Part shown: positions 48,376 to 60,200 of the stretch, piece by piece
Layout: each line of letters opens with the position of its first letter
How positions within the stretch are numbered: position 1 is the stretch's first letter
Virus record (IMG/VR): IMGVR_UViG_3300033148_003679
Span: 20,324 to 84,323 of that record
Direction: 5' to 3' (one strand)
From: a virus
DNA: 64,000 bases
The notes under the pieces: model-generated
Seen by the model: the letters and a program-made list of their open reading frames with translations, nothing else
Databases searched by the model: none
Told to the model about the DNA's origin: nothing
Position numbers and translations under genes: made by a program

Positions 48376-48637
48376 TTTTATAGATGAAAGAATAGGTTCC
48401 CGGTGGAAATGCGGAAAGGAGTTTACTATTAGAGAGATTGCCGAGACGTTATCGGTTAGTGATTCCATCGTTTTACATGCAGTCAGACAGAACCAGCTCA
48501 GAATGCATCGGGCTGGTTGTGGGAGTGAAAAAAAGGCTACAGTAGAAGACATTGCGGCATGGCTTCAGGATGATGAGTTTGTACGACGTGTATTTATTGA
48601 CCATCCGTTACCGGGCCGGGGAGATGCAGAAGAATGA
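48359..48637 (+). CDS. HTH_17/excisionase-like DNA-binding protein
   Basis: FTIREIAETLSVS...V...L...DIAAWL. Confidence 0.6.
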   Translation: MERETDFIDERIGSRWKCGKEFTIREIAETLSVSDSIVLHAVRQNQLRMHRAGCGSEKKATVEDIAAWLQDDEFVRRVFIDHPLPGRGDAEE

Positions 48638-49082
48638 AGATAGGACGTGTAGAAGTTTATGACCCACCTTCAGTTTATGTTTTACCTTCGCACTATAATG
48701 ACGGTAAATGCCGTGGATTGAATCGTCTAGTCGCTTGGAAGAATGGACGGGAACGATGCGAACGTAACGCGACAGAGACAGTGGAAAGAATACCGTTCTG
48801 CTGGCAACATGCGCAGATGGCGAGGGGGAAGAAGTAGACATGCGAGACGGTGAAATAGTCGGAATGCGTTTCGGGCCACGGTTTAAATTCGGTACTATTG
48901 CATACGCGTATATGGTTAGCAATACTTACGATCAGCTTCTTTACCGCGACCATATGCAAATGATGGCCGATGCAGGGTTTGGAGACCCATGGAATCATTG
49001 TGCCCGTATGCCAACTTTAGTTGTCGTAAAGGATGGTGTTCTATCTTTACCGGCAACAGATACTAGTATAGAGGTATAAACC

Positions 49083-49772
49083 ATGAAACCTGTATTAGCA
49101 TGGCATTTCTTGTCGGCAGATCGACGACTTGGATATGGTGACGGACGGTTAGTGCGCACACGCCAGACATTGCGCGCCGAAGGCGAACCTATGTTATGTA
49201 AAAACGGAATGCATGGATCCCGACGTATCCTCGATGCGCTTATATACGGACAGGGTGCGGTTGTCGAACGGGTGGAGATTGGAACAGACCTGCCGTATAA
49301 GATTGTTAAACAAGAAGATAGACTTGTTGGTACATGGCGTAAAACGTTATGGTGGATTGATGCAGAGATGATCTTACACGAGTTTGCCTGCCGAGAGGCG
49401 GAAGATGTCTTGAAGTGTATAGGCATAACAAATGAAGCAAGTTGGAACGCAATTCGCACGAAACGGCTGTGGATGCAGGGTAAAGCTACTGTAGAAGAAT
49501 TGAATGATCAGGTAAATAGTTCGATTGAATGGGGAACTCATTGGCCTGTTGATTCGGCAACTTATTGGGCAATTTGTCAAACAGCTCATCAAGCAGCTCG
49601 CTGGGCAGCTGATCGGGCAGCTTGTTCAATGGCTCATTGTGCATCTGATTCGATAACTTGTTACGCAATTCGTCAGGCAACTTATTGGGCGACTCATCAG
49701 GCAGTTTGTTTCGCGCAGAACCAGCGGTTGACAGCAATGGTATGTACCGCGTACCGACAACAAAAAGGATAA
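49083..49772 (+). CDS. Hypothetical phage protein with Ala/Trp-rich repeats
   Basis: LAWHFL...LC.NG.H.S..ILDAL.Y...FAC..A...R.W..G.AT..EL. Confidence 0.7.
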   Translation: MKPVLAWHFLSADRRLGYGDGRLVRTRQTLRAEGEPMLCKNGMHGSRRILDALIYGQGAVVERVEIGTDLPYKIVKQEDRLVGTWRKTLWWIDAEMILHEFACREAEDVLKCIGITNEASWNAIRTKRLWMQGKATVEELNDQVNSSIEWGTHWPVDSATYWAICQTAHQAARWAADRAACSMAHCASDSITCYAIRQATYWATHQAVCFAQNQRLTAMVCTAYRQQKG

Positions 49773-50064
49773 CACATAAAATGGCTCAACTGATTCTAAA
49801 ATGTCATTGCGAACATAAATATCAAGACAAAAAGTATGGCGTAGGAATGCGGGTACATAACGAGTGTGCCGAGAAAAATGGTAGAGTAATGCGGTGTACT
49901 GTATGTGGACAAGAACGAAATATCGGGGGAAGGAGTTGAAAGAGAAGGAATTGAATACGAAAATAGTAACAATACGGACATGTATAACGTGTTGATACTG
50001 TTTATAGCAGTTTTTCAGCGTTCATTACATCGGCAACTTATTTTTCACTGGAACTGGAGGAATA

Positions 50065-50694
50065 ATGGCTTTTTATGCAATCCGAATCATTAACGCTCAT
50101 GGTCATGGAAAAAAAATCTGGCTTGATTATACGCCTAACGGTCATCCTTTCTGGAATACTAAACCATGGGTTATAGTGGAAAAGAGTACGGCTAACAAAC
50201 TGTTTAGAGCTATTAACGAGATTGAAGGAGTTCCACGTAACGAGATGATTCTTACAACATTTGAAGAGTCGTCTGGAATAATTTCTCTTGGTAAAGCGAG
50301 ACGGTTAGGTTTCGTTGTTATGTATATTATATGTAAAGAAGGGGCGACTATAAACGATGTAGAGTTTTCGACCCCGTTTCTGTGGGTTGAACCTGTATTA
50401 GACGGATACGAACAGTCAAAAACTGTTTATGAATATTCGTGGACTAGTACACCTATGGCGTATATCGACCATTTTAGTGCAACTGAATGGTTGAAACGGT
50501 ACGAGTCAGGTGACGGGAAATGTATAGATTATATGAGAGACAGTATTGCTGCGACATATATTAAGGCTAAAGATCGGCCAAAAGGTATGGTTTCGCCGAT
50601 TTACATTTCGTTAAAACCTGTAAGACGTAAAATAGGGGCAGGAAACAGACGTAGACTGAAATCGCAAAAACAAGTAAAAAGGGTAAAAGTATGA
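50065..50694 (+). CDS. Hypothetical protein
   Basis: GGAGG RBS. Confidence 0.6.
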   Translation: MAFYAIRIINAHGHGKKIWLDYTPNGHPFWNTKPWVIVEKSTANKLFRAINEIEGVPRNEMILTTFEESSGIISLGKARRLGFVVMYIICKEGATINDVEFSTPFLWVEPVLDGYEQSKTVYEYSWTSTPMAYIDHFSATEWLKRYESGDGKCIDYMRDSIAATYIKAKDRPKGMVSPIYISLKPVRRKIGAGNRRRLKSQKQVKRVKV

Positions 50695-50907
50695 TGAAAA
50701 TTAGAGGCGTTCAATACGGTGCACGGTATAACACTTTTAGTATCGTTTGCGATTGTAACAACAAACCTTTTGACGTTCGGGTAGACCGGCTGATAGTTGT
50801 GTGTCCCGAATGTGGGTTACAAGAAAATCTTATGAGTTTGCGGGATAAATATCTGGGTGTAGACGGTGGACCGAATGCAGAAAGTGTAAAAATCTAGTTC
50901 GTTAGTG

Positions 50908-51867
50908 TTATTGTCCAGCTGTAAGACTCACAGTAGACTCGACGAAGAACCGACGTTCTGCACCCTTTTTTCGGCGTACAGGAACAATTTTCAGTTCAGG
51001 TGTACCTAGTACAGCAGGACAATAATGGCCTTTTGCAATATAATTGTCTTTAAACGCTGTTTCTTCGCCATCAATATACCCTTTTCGGTATCCGCCTGTC
51101 CGTACATACCACATGTTTTCGTTACTAACACGTATTTTACCGGCATTGTCTTTTAGCCGCAAGACTTGGCCTGGCGCAGCCTGTTGGTCGTGGTTATGTC
51201 CGGCTAGATAGAAGTTGGCACGGGCAACGTCTCTTAGTCTGGAAACAGCGTTTATAGACCCGCCTTTTGTCCGGCCACCGCCTATAGTCTCGCCATGGAC
51301 GGCTAAAATGTCTTGGGCAAGATGTGATCCACCAGCTCCGATTACAAGTCTGACCATAGCCATTCCGCCGAGATTGACGGTAGGGAACCCATGTTCGCCG
51401 TTAGGATCTTTTGCCAGCCATCGTTTATTGAGTTCTTCAACGAGATAATCCGTCCCATCTTTCCATGCACCGTTTTTATACTTTACTATCCCTCGATGGT
51501 TTCCTTCGATATTAAACAGTATTCGACCAGCCATAAAGTCAATGCTAGAAAGGAAATCGTCCATTTCTTGTTGATACATATTGGCTACTTTAACGACTGT
51601 ACCTTCATGCAACTCGGCGTTCCGTAAAGCGTTTCGTTCTGTCCGTGTTATCCCCTCAATTTCATCGCCCAAGAGTATAAAGTATACTTGTAACCCAGCG
51701 GCTATCATGTCTTTTGTGCGCGATAGAAATCGGTTGAACTCACCTTGTGCATGAAAAGAACAATAGCGGTGAACGTCGCTTAAAGGAAAAATGTAGATAG
51801 GTTCGTTAATATGAGGTACGTAGACTGTAACTTTATGTTTCGAGAAACGATACGGTTCGGTAAGCAT
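50908..51867 (-). CDS. Calcineurin-like metallophosphoesterase
   Basis: SDVH, LGD, GNH, HG, GHNH motifs. Confidence 0.88.
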   Translation of the reverse strand: MLTEPYRFSKHKVTVYVPHINEPIYIFPLSDVHRYCSFHAQGEFNRFLSRTKDMIAAGLQVYFILLGDEIEGITRTERNALRNAELHEGTVVKVANMYQQEMDDFLSSIDFMAGRILFNIEGNHRGIVKYKNGAWKDGTDYLVEELNKRWLAKDPNGEHGFPTVNLGGMAMVRLVIGAGGSHLAQDILAVHGETIGGGRTKGGSINAVSRLRDVARANFYLAGHNHDQQAAPGQVLRLKDNAGKIRVSNENMWYVRTGGYRKGYIDGEETAFKDNYIAKGHYCPAVLGTPELKIVPVRRKKGAERRFFVESTVSLTAGQ

Positions 51868-51877
51868 AAAAGTTCCT

Positions 51878-52246
51878 CTACTGTTTCGTAAGCGAATCTT
51901 CTATATTTCTAATTTTTATACCTTTGTTGCGTGCTATATACGCTTGCTGTTTTAATTTCAGGATGCCCCAGTGTTCTAATCTGTTCTGTAACATCTCTTC
52001 AGCTTTTTCGTCTCTTGTTTCTGCAAAAACGTCTCGCACTTTCTGTTTAATGCCATTAGCGGCAACATCCCAAGGTGTATCATTGTCGTCATTACCACTC
52101 GCAGACATTTTTTCTATTGCCAGAATGAGGTGATCGTTTAGTGACACTGCCGTTTTTGCCACCTTTTTGCCTTTATTTCGACCGACAAAATAGAGGATGA
52201 GAGATGTAATGGCAGCGACGATCAGTTTTATTAGTTCAATATCCAT
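51878..52246 (-). CDS. Single-TM protein, possible holin/lysis accessory
   Basis: N-terminal TM; lies downstream of the tail genes. Confidence 0.45.
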   Translation of the reverse strand: MDIELIKLIVAAITSLILYFVGRNKGKKVAKTAVSLNDHLILAIEKMSASGNDDNDTPWDVAANGIKQKVRDVFAETRDEKAEEMLQNRLEHWGILKLKQQAYIARNKGIKIRNIEDSLTKQ

Positions 52247-52479
52247 TATTCTTGTATATCCTTATTCTTCCAAGAGAACCATCCCACAACAGCCAATATA
52301 GCATAAATCGCAAACAAGATTGATTGCGCATATAATTCTACCGTCCAATCAATTATAGCCCATGTAACATTCGAGAAAAACCAAAGCAGAAAACATAGAC
52401 GATTCTTTTTGATGTTTAACACGACACCACAAAGAGACGTGCCAGCTATTGGCCATTGTAACCAATCTAACCAATCCAT
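52246..52479 (-). CDS. PnuC-like small membrane protein
   Basis: G..LN..K...CF..W...N..W...Y.Q..LF..Y......GW..W. Confidence 0.65.
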   Translation of the reverse strand: MDWLDWLQWPIAGTSLCGVVLNIKKNRLCFLLWFFSNVTWAIIDWTVELYAQSILFAIYAILAVVGWFSWKNKDIQE

Positions 52480-52488
52480 TATTCATAA

Positions 52489-52929
52489 TTACTCCTGCTG
52501 TTCGCTGTCTCTCTCGTTACTTTTCCTCTGTTCAAACGAGTCCATAAAATCCCATACAGCACCTACAACGGCAATTGTACCGGATTCGCCAACAAGATTA
52601 TAGATCATCTCGAACTCTTGTGGCGTTATATCCGACGTTTTACCGCCATAAGCCTTTTTACAAATGTCGTTTCTCATCTTTTTTTCTTGTGGCTTGATCT
52701 TATCCCCGGCATAAGGACGACCTGTTTGAGGGTCGATTGTACCCCACATCATTGCTGTTATAACGGCGTCTGCAAGAGTCAAATCAACAATCTCTTGGGT
52801 CATTACAGGTATACCGGTTTCAGGATTAATCACTTCTTTCCCGTCATCGTCTTTTACAGGAATACGTTTAGCGGTTGGTATAGGTCTACCGTCAACACCT
52901 GTCAATACTGTAGAAAAATCAATCTTCAT
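52489..52929 (-). CDS. Hypothetical tail-associated protein
   Basis: MKIDFSTVL...DG.PI...; late-operon context. Confidence 0.6.
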   Translation of the reverse strand: MKIDFSTVLTGVDGRPIPTAKRIPVKDDDGKEVINPETGIPVMTQEIVDLTLADAVITAMMWGTIDPQTGRPYAGDKIKPQEKKMRNDICKKAYGGKTSDITPQEFEMIYNLVGESGTIAVVGAVWDFMDSFEQRKSNERDSEQQE

Positions 52930-52934
52930 GTATA

Positions 52935-53321
52935 TTACCCTTTTTCCTTATGGTCATTCGCTTCTACCTTTCCGATATTTAACAACGCTAGATTCAAAAC
53001 TCCATGATCTTTGTTTGCATTTTCACCTTCATGACCAATTTGGGTGTCAAGATTATGCCATTGTCGTAATTCTTCTCCATGTTCCCAAACTTGAGACAAT
53101 ATACTTACAGCACATCCATACATAAACCCAGTAATTCCTTCTGTATCTGCTTTATGTGATGTCTCTTTGGCAATTTCTGCAACAGACATACCGGCACTTA
53201 TTTGTTCCTCCATTAGCTCTACCCATCGTTGAGTATACTGTACCACGGCAATACCGTAGGGGTCGAAATTAGCTGCAACAGTTTTTTGCCAATCTGTCTC
53301 TAGTCTTGGTTTAATCTTCAT
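52935..53321 (-). CDS. Hypothetical phage protein (paralog of 39772-40146)
   Basis: Near-collinear protein similarity. Confidence 0.8.
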   Translation of the reverse strand: MKIKPRLETDWQKTVAANFDPYGIAVVQYTQRWVELMEEQISAGMSVAEIAKETSHKADTEGITGFMYGCAVSILSQVWEHGEELRQWHNLDTQIGHEGENANKDHGVLNLALLNIGKVEANDHKEKG

Positions 53322-53402
53322 TTCTCTGTTTTTTTCTCTTGGTTTGCTATTAACGTTACAACTTCTCCGATTTCCTCTTCGGACAGTTCGGATAAACGGC
53401 AA

Positions 53403-53780
53403 CTAAGGGCTCGTACCAGTTTCTTTGTCACTATTTCTGGCCAGATTGTTCATCACTATGGTATGGATTTTAACTATAGACTTTTCGACAGACTGTAAGG
53501 TTCTTTTAGTATTTCTTGTCTCTGTAAGAATCTCTTCTATATCTTTATCGAGTCGTTTAAAATGTTCGTCATGTCGAATAACAAGTATACTAAGATCATC
53601 GAGTTTAGACGCCTGTCCCGCATCCCAGTCAAGATGGTTCTGGAAATCGTTTCTACCTTCCGAAGACCTGATTTGTAAAGTTACGAAAGCAGAGACGATA
53701 AACATAACTGCTACAAAGATTTTCCAGTTATCTCTAACCGCTCTTACCAGACCGTTTACATCATTATTCCTCTGTTGCAT
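53403..53780 (-). CDS. TM plus coiled-coil protein, holin-like
   Basis: Single TM then heptads; has its own promoter at 53811-53840. Confidence 0.5.
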   Translation of the reverse strand: MQQRNNDVNGLVRAVRDNWKIFVAVMFIVSAFVTLQIRSSEGRNDFQNHLDWDAGQASKLDDLSILVIRHDEHFKRLDKDIEEILTETRNTKRTLQSVEKSIVKIHTIVMNNLARNSDKETGTSP

Positions 53781-53810
53781 ATTTCCAATCTTCTATAACA
53801 GGAACGATCT

Positions 53811-53840
53811 ATTATACCATGTTTATACCTGAAATGTCAA
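53811..53840 (-). promoter_or_regulatory. Sigma70 promoter
   Basis: TTGACA-18 nt-(TGG)TATAAT. Confidence 0.75.
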
Positions 53841-53851
53841 ATCAGGGTTTG

Positions 53852-54235
53852 TCATGGTATAGGTTCCGGTTCTGCTTGTATTGCATCTATTTCGTCTTTC
53901 ATTGCCTGTAACCCCGCAATTGCGCAATCCAGGTTGTGGAACACGGTTTTGCGCCTCAACTCTTCCAGCGATACCGCTTCTATATAATGTGAGACTTGTA
54001 CCGTAACTTCTTCACCCGTCATATGTTTCCCGCCTCGATCTACACGGATCTGTTGGTCGCACCCGTCTCTTGCACATTTGACCAGTTTGATCTCAGTTTC
54101 ACCGTATGTAGGATGTTCGACTGGAACCAAAGACGCTCGGTCGTTATATGGGGTCAGCACATGGGTGACAATCCCTGTCCGTTCAACTTCAATTTCAACT
54201 TCTTCCGGCTCTTCATTTGCCATTGTTCTGTTCAC
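53852..54235 (-). CDS. Hypothetical protein following the tail tip gene
   Basis: AAGGCGGTG RBS. Confidence 0.6.
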   Translation of the reverse strand: MNRTMANEEPEEVEIEVERTGIVTHVLTPYNDRASLVPVEHPTYGETEIKLVKCARDGCDQQIRVDRGGKHMTGEEVTVQVSHYIEAVSLEELRRKTVFHNLDCAIAGLQAMKDEIDAIQAEPEPIP

Positions 54236-54253
54236 CGCCTTTCGCTCTTTCGT

Positions 54254-57200
54254 TTATACTTTGTAGATTATAGTGATTTTAACCACATCGTTTTCCTGCC
54301 ACCCGGTCCTTCCCTCGAACACATCGATCATCTGGTCGTCATCGTTCCATCGGACAGTCATCCCGAAATCGTTGTTACTAGGACTTGTACTATAATAATC
54401 CTGACCGTGAAATATTCCGGAACTGGCATCCTTTTTCCCCAGCCCAATCCACATAATATCGTCGGCATCACCTTTCGTCCAACTCTCCTCGAATGTACCT
54501 GCCGTCGCTTCGCCCGCCGTCACGGTATGTTCGATAAACTCGATCTTGAATGTGGTGGAGCCGTCTAGTTGGATACCGCCACTAATACAAACTTCTCCCG
54601 TATCTGCTACCATCAATCTTGAAACACCATCTGAAGCTAAATGAAGATTATTTGTCCCTACTACTTGCATCACTAAATCATTTCTTGCGCTTCCAGTTAT
54701 TACGCTACTTGTTCTGTCAAGGATTAGTCCTCCTTGATTTGTCCCTGCATTACTGCTATCTTCAAATCTTAACTGAGCAATTTTTGAACTAGTATTAGCA
54801 TCCAGCAAGATATTAACATTCTCCCCAATTCCTTGTGCATATAACCTTGTTACTGTTGTTGGTGTTCCTCCAAACCAAGCGTTTCCATTTACATGTAAAT
54901 TAGTTCCGGGCGCAATACCAATACCCATTTTCCCGCCAGAAGTAAGTTGAATCCCTATGTTCCATGTAATCTCGTTTCCCTGTGCAACACCAGAATCATA
55001 GACGATGTTCAGGTTATCGGCAGCCGTTTTCATAATCCCGAAATTCGAGCCTGTATCCGAACTTTTTACCGTCGCGCCATCCGCATAAGCGTCGAACAGG
55101 AGACCGACAGACCCGCTACGGTTTGGTGCATGAATGGCAAACCGGGGATAATCGTCTGTACTTTCGGTGATCTGTATACCGACATGATCCGTACCGTCTA
55201 TAGCAAGGGTGGCTTCACCTATACCGCCGTGCGGCGCGTCTGTTACACCGATAGCTACATGCCCACCGGTGTAGTACACGACCGTTCCAGCTTTACTCCA
55301 CCATCCTCCTGCTGATGCTGCGACTGTGAGATCGTATTCGTTACCGAGTTCGTCCAGATAGTAGAGGAGACCATCTGTGGATTTGACATAGACTTTACCT
55401 TGATTAGCGACATTGGATGGGGTTGTAGCTCTATCATCAAATACCAAAACGCTTTCCACACGTAAGGCATTATCACCGGCAAGTGTTGTAAAATACCCGG
55501 CAAACCCAGAAACAGAATATCCCCTAACTCCATGAAAACTTTCCGAAGATCCCGAAACCCCTACACTGGTTGTTGAAATCCCTCTAACACCAGTAAGAGA
55601 TTTAGATCTTCCAATCAGACCTTGCTTCCGTGAATCGGCACTACCAAAATGTCCAATAACAAAGTCCCCATTATGAGATGTAATACCAATCGTCGCCAAC
55701 TCTTCAACCGTCCCGTCGCCACGATCTCCATAAAACAACATCTCGCCTCTAGCCCGAGAATATGCCACTATTTGTTCAGCAGGATACATCAAAGAGTTTA
55801 CCGGGTTAGCCAACACTCCACTACATCCAGTCAACTGGTTACCACTTATCCCCGTATACGTAAAACTATTTATTTCACCGGTTCCGTTATGTATAATATA
55901 CGCATTCGCACCGCCAGTAGGCGGGTCACTATCAAAATCCGTCGAGTCACCGGCATTAACTTCTGTATCGTCAGCATCTGTAGCTTCACTTAAATATGAA
56001 CCGCTAGTAACGAAACTACCGGTTATACTCAACCCTGTATCGAGTTTTTCTGTAACAATCGCTTGGGCAGCAATCTCGGTTGCAGTAACCGTATCGGCTT
56101 GTAACAACCCGGCATGTTGTAATCTATTAGCTTCTGCCGGATACGCTGTACCGCCGTCGTTTATACATACTAACCATCTGTCCTGTACAACTTCGCCGGT
56201 CGGCGGATCGCCGGAATCATATATTATAGATTTGTCGTCTGTAACTTTAAACTCGTCTGGCTCCCAAGAATCCCAATATATATACCGTTTATCGGTCGAA
56301 TTCACTTCAACCGTACCAGAAACATGGTTACCACTCGTATTAACATATTCAACTTCTATACTACCGGTATTCTTTACATTCCACGACACGCTACCAGCAG
56401 GATCGTCGCTAGTCCATTTCAGGTTGGTAAACACAGGGATGTTAAACTCGACATGAGACGGTCGGACATAACCTGCAACTATACTCTGTTCTCCAGCTAA
56501 TTCACTTTCCTGTCCAAACACGTCTACGGTAGACACGTCAACATGATATTTTGTACCAGCAGTGCATGGTAAAGCTACTGATTTTTGGCTATCGTCAGAT
56601 ACACGTAAAGAATCGCAAGGAATGTCAATTCTATCACCGTCAGTAGCAGGCGAATCGGTATTCAGATAAACTCTAAAATGCGAGAAATCATAAGCCGGGT
56701 CTCCGTTTTCGTCCACTTGGTGTGCAAGCCAATAAACCATTATACCGAAAGGTACAGATTCGAGATGTAACTCTGCGGGTGCAGTAGGATAAAAGTTTAT
56801 AAGCGTCAACACACTTGCATTTTCGCTATATTTGCCAAATGTATTCCTCGCTTTTACATAAAAAGTAAACTCTACATCATATGGATCGTCTGAAAAGTTT
56901 TCCCACATAAAATGCGTATCTTTTCCCTTATATATCAGACTTGTATCGTCGTCGTCGCCCCATTCCGTTCCGGTTACAGGGTCAACGCGAAGTTCGTACC
57001 ATGCCAAATCTTTGCTATCGGCTTCTGTCCATGAAAGATAGACGTAGTTATGCCGGAAATGACAGAAATCTTCCGAACCGGTAATCACGTCACTATGCTT
57101 GAAATATACATCGTCGGGCGGTAAAGAAGGGTCAGCTACTGTATGGTGGAATGCTGTAGCAGACGCAAGTTTTCCTCTACCGGAAATCCATCCTATATGT

Positions 57201-60200
57201 CGCCAGACAGGAACAACTTTTACAAAAATCTCGTCGCCAACTCCAAACCAACATGCACTTTCCATTTCATAACGATTTTCGTCTATCCGACCAGTACACA
57301 ACCGATACTGATCGTCGGTCGGCGTATAAGTGTCGCCAGCCGGTCTTACATGTCGGTATATAACAAAATAGTCGAACCATGTCGTATTCTCGTCTATACC
57401 GCTCCAAGACACCTGTACACTTGGCACCCATGTCCCGTCATCGCCCATATGACCGCTATCGCCAAATGTAACGTCTGTTACAGCTGGCAGATCGTCCGAT
57501 TCTGGCAAATATCCTGTATTATCAATCTCGATTACACTGGTAGCGTCATATATATCGTCACTATACTCGGTAGCGGTAATTTCAATTTCATGGTTACTAT
57601 TTTTCTGTATTGTAAGTACTCGGAACAGTTTTACGACTTCTACATTGGCACCAGATTTCCCGATAGCATAAGGACAGCCATGTAACGGCAACTGGTCGGT
57701 GTCCCATACTTCACCGTCTGCAAGATAGACGTTTGACCCTGCGGACACAATTGCGCCACCGTCAAACTGAGAATGGTCTAAATCCTTTTCAACAATCGTA
57801 TCGTCGCTACGAATCTGTGTTCTGATTTCCAGTGTTTCGCCAGTATTGATTGTAATAGGCCCAATATCTTCCCACGCTATAAATGATGCAGGTTCGCCGG
57901 TTGCACCGTTTGTGCTACTTTTAACAGTCCCGCTATATTCGCGCCAGTCAGGACTTATATCGCGCGAAATTCCGAACACGTCACCTGCCATAACTCCAAG
58001 AGCACTGGTAGTAGTCGTAAACTTGGTTATACGTGGCAAATTCTTTTCAGTGTTTATAATATGTCGAGCGAATCGTAACGCTTCTGTCCGACGAACAATT
58101 CCAGGAGCGTTTATAGTCGAATGTTGGATTGGGTTACCGGCTTGTATAGACGTCTGGTCAATTACAGTTACTTCGTCTGGTTCCCATTGGTTATCTTCGT
58201 CCCGAAACTGGACTGTAACCATGTTATGCGTTTCTTTGTTAGAAACAAACGATTCGTTTATTACAGTTTCTTTTACGTTACCGGCAGAAAATATCATGGT
58301 AGGTGTGGTAACTTTATCGGGTACAAAAAACACTTCGCTACCAGACCATATCGGCCATGCAAGAAACGACGAACATATACTTTTGACCACGTCTGTTGCA
58401 GATTGTACCGTATCAATAGCTATACCTATTTTATGCCGAGTTTCGAGACTTCCTGTATCGTCATATTTTATAACATCTTCATCGGCATAATTGCCTGCAA
58501 CTATGGTTTGCGTATCGTTTATTTCTGTCGTAGTAAGAAACTGGCCCGCTCCGTATCTGTCGTTCGACAAAAAGTCATAGAGACAATAGAACGGGTTTTC
58601 GCTGTATACTTTAGCACCGGGAGTACCAGGTACAGTATCAACTTTTAACCCTTTTACAAGAGTCGTAATCTGCGGCATACTACCTTGCAGATTCTTTTGT
58701 GCTAAAGCCCGTATTGCGACTAAAGCTGTATATGGATATGTTAGAGGATCAGAACCATAATCGTCTTCCCATCTTACTTCTGTAATCCCGTCAACGTATA
58801 AAGCCATCTCTGTTTCTGTATCGTGGGCTGTTACAGAGTCCGGTGACGCTTTTATTATACGTACATCATATTCGCCGGATGTAAGGTTACCGTCAGAGTC
58901 ATAAAAAGGATAGGTTATGATCCGACGAATTGGCACTGTAGACATTTGAAAGTCAAAAATCTTATCAGCGGCAAATACAGACAACTCGTCACCGGTATTA
59001 TATTCATGTGTAAATACATGTTCATGTTCTTCATTACCGGTAAAACTTGTAATATCTCTTATCTCATTTTCAGTCTCGTCGTTCTTCTGTTTTAACGAAC
59101 CAAACACAAAAGTATCAGAATATCCCCAATACGGTTTTCCCGTAGTTGGCATAATAATAGATGCCATGTTGATTAGAGCGTTAGTATATGTAGTATAACC
59201 TCCGTCATATCCCCAACCTTCTACCCAATGGTTTTTCTTCCCACCGTCTCCATAAAAGGGTTCAATAGACCCAACTTTAAGTGAAGTTTGACCTTCTGTA
59301 ACCGCTTCTTCTAAAGTAGTCTGGTACCAAGTTGTATAGTCTGGGGCACCAGTACTCCATCTGGCACGCATCCATTTAGAATCGTCGCCACTATCAGATT
59401 TAAGTCGAAACTCTACAATTACAGCATGTGGCCCAACGGCTTTAGTCGGTGAAGACAATCCTGTCCGATACATATAAGGAACACGATAATGAATTTTTAT
59501 TGCGTTAATATTTTCGCCAGACGATGTACCTTCAGGTAGATCCCATACTTTATTCTTTTCGAGTTTATGGGTAAACGATCTATAGTAATAAACATGTTCG
59601 TATCCAGGAACATAAGTTTGGGTATGTGTACCCATACGGACAGCAACTTCACATCCCGTAAAGTTAGAAATAGGCTGTTGATTTATAAGTATTTTGCTAC
59701 CGATTGCACTTATATCAGTATCTTCAAAATCAGTATCTTCTGTATACCCTGCCACAGATTCGACAGGCCCTTCACACAGACCCAACATTACGTTTAATTT
59801 CTGTTCGTCTCCGTCCATTTCGACAAACATATTTATAATGTTGCCACCAAGGTACTGTTCGCCGTATAGAACAGGAACAGGTCCTTGGGTTGAAGCTACA
59901 GTTCTAACCGATTCCCATCCATATGTGGGGGATTGACGGTGAGTTTCAGGCGGTTCGTATGTTAGTGCCGCATAGACGGAATAAGCACTCAAAGCCCAGA
60001 ATCCTGTGGCAAGAAGGTTGCCAAGACCAAAAGAATAACTAACTATTCCAGCCGCGCTGGTAGTTGTCCCTATTACGCCCATAGCGGTGCCAATAGTAGC
60101 AAGTATACTTATAGGCTCTTTAACAGCCGGAATGACCACAAAACTATCGTTACGTTCAACCTGATACGACTCATAATCTTCTACCGCGATTTTGCCGGTT

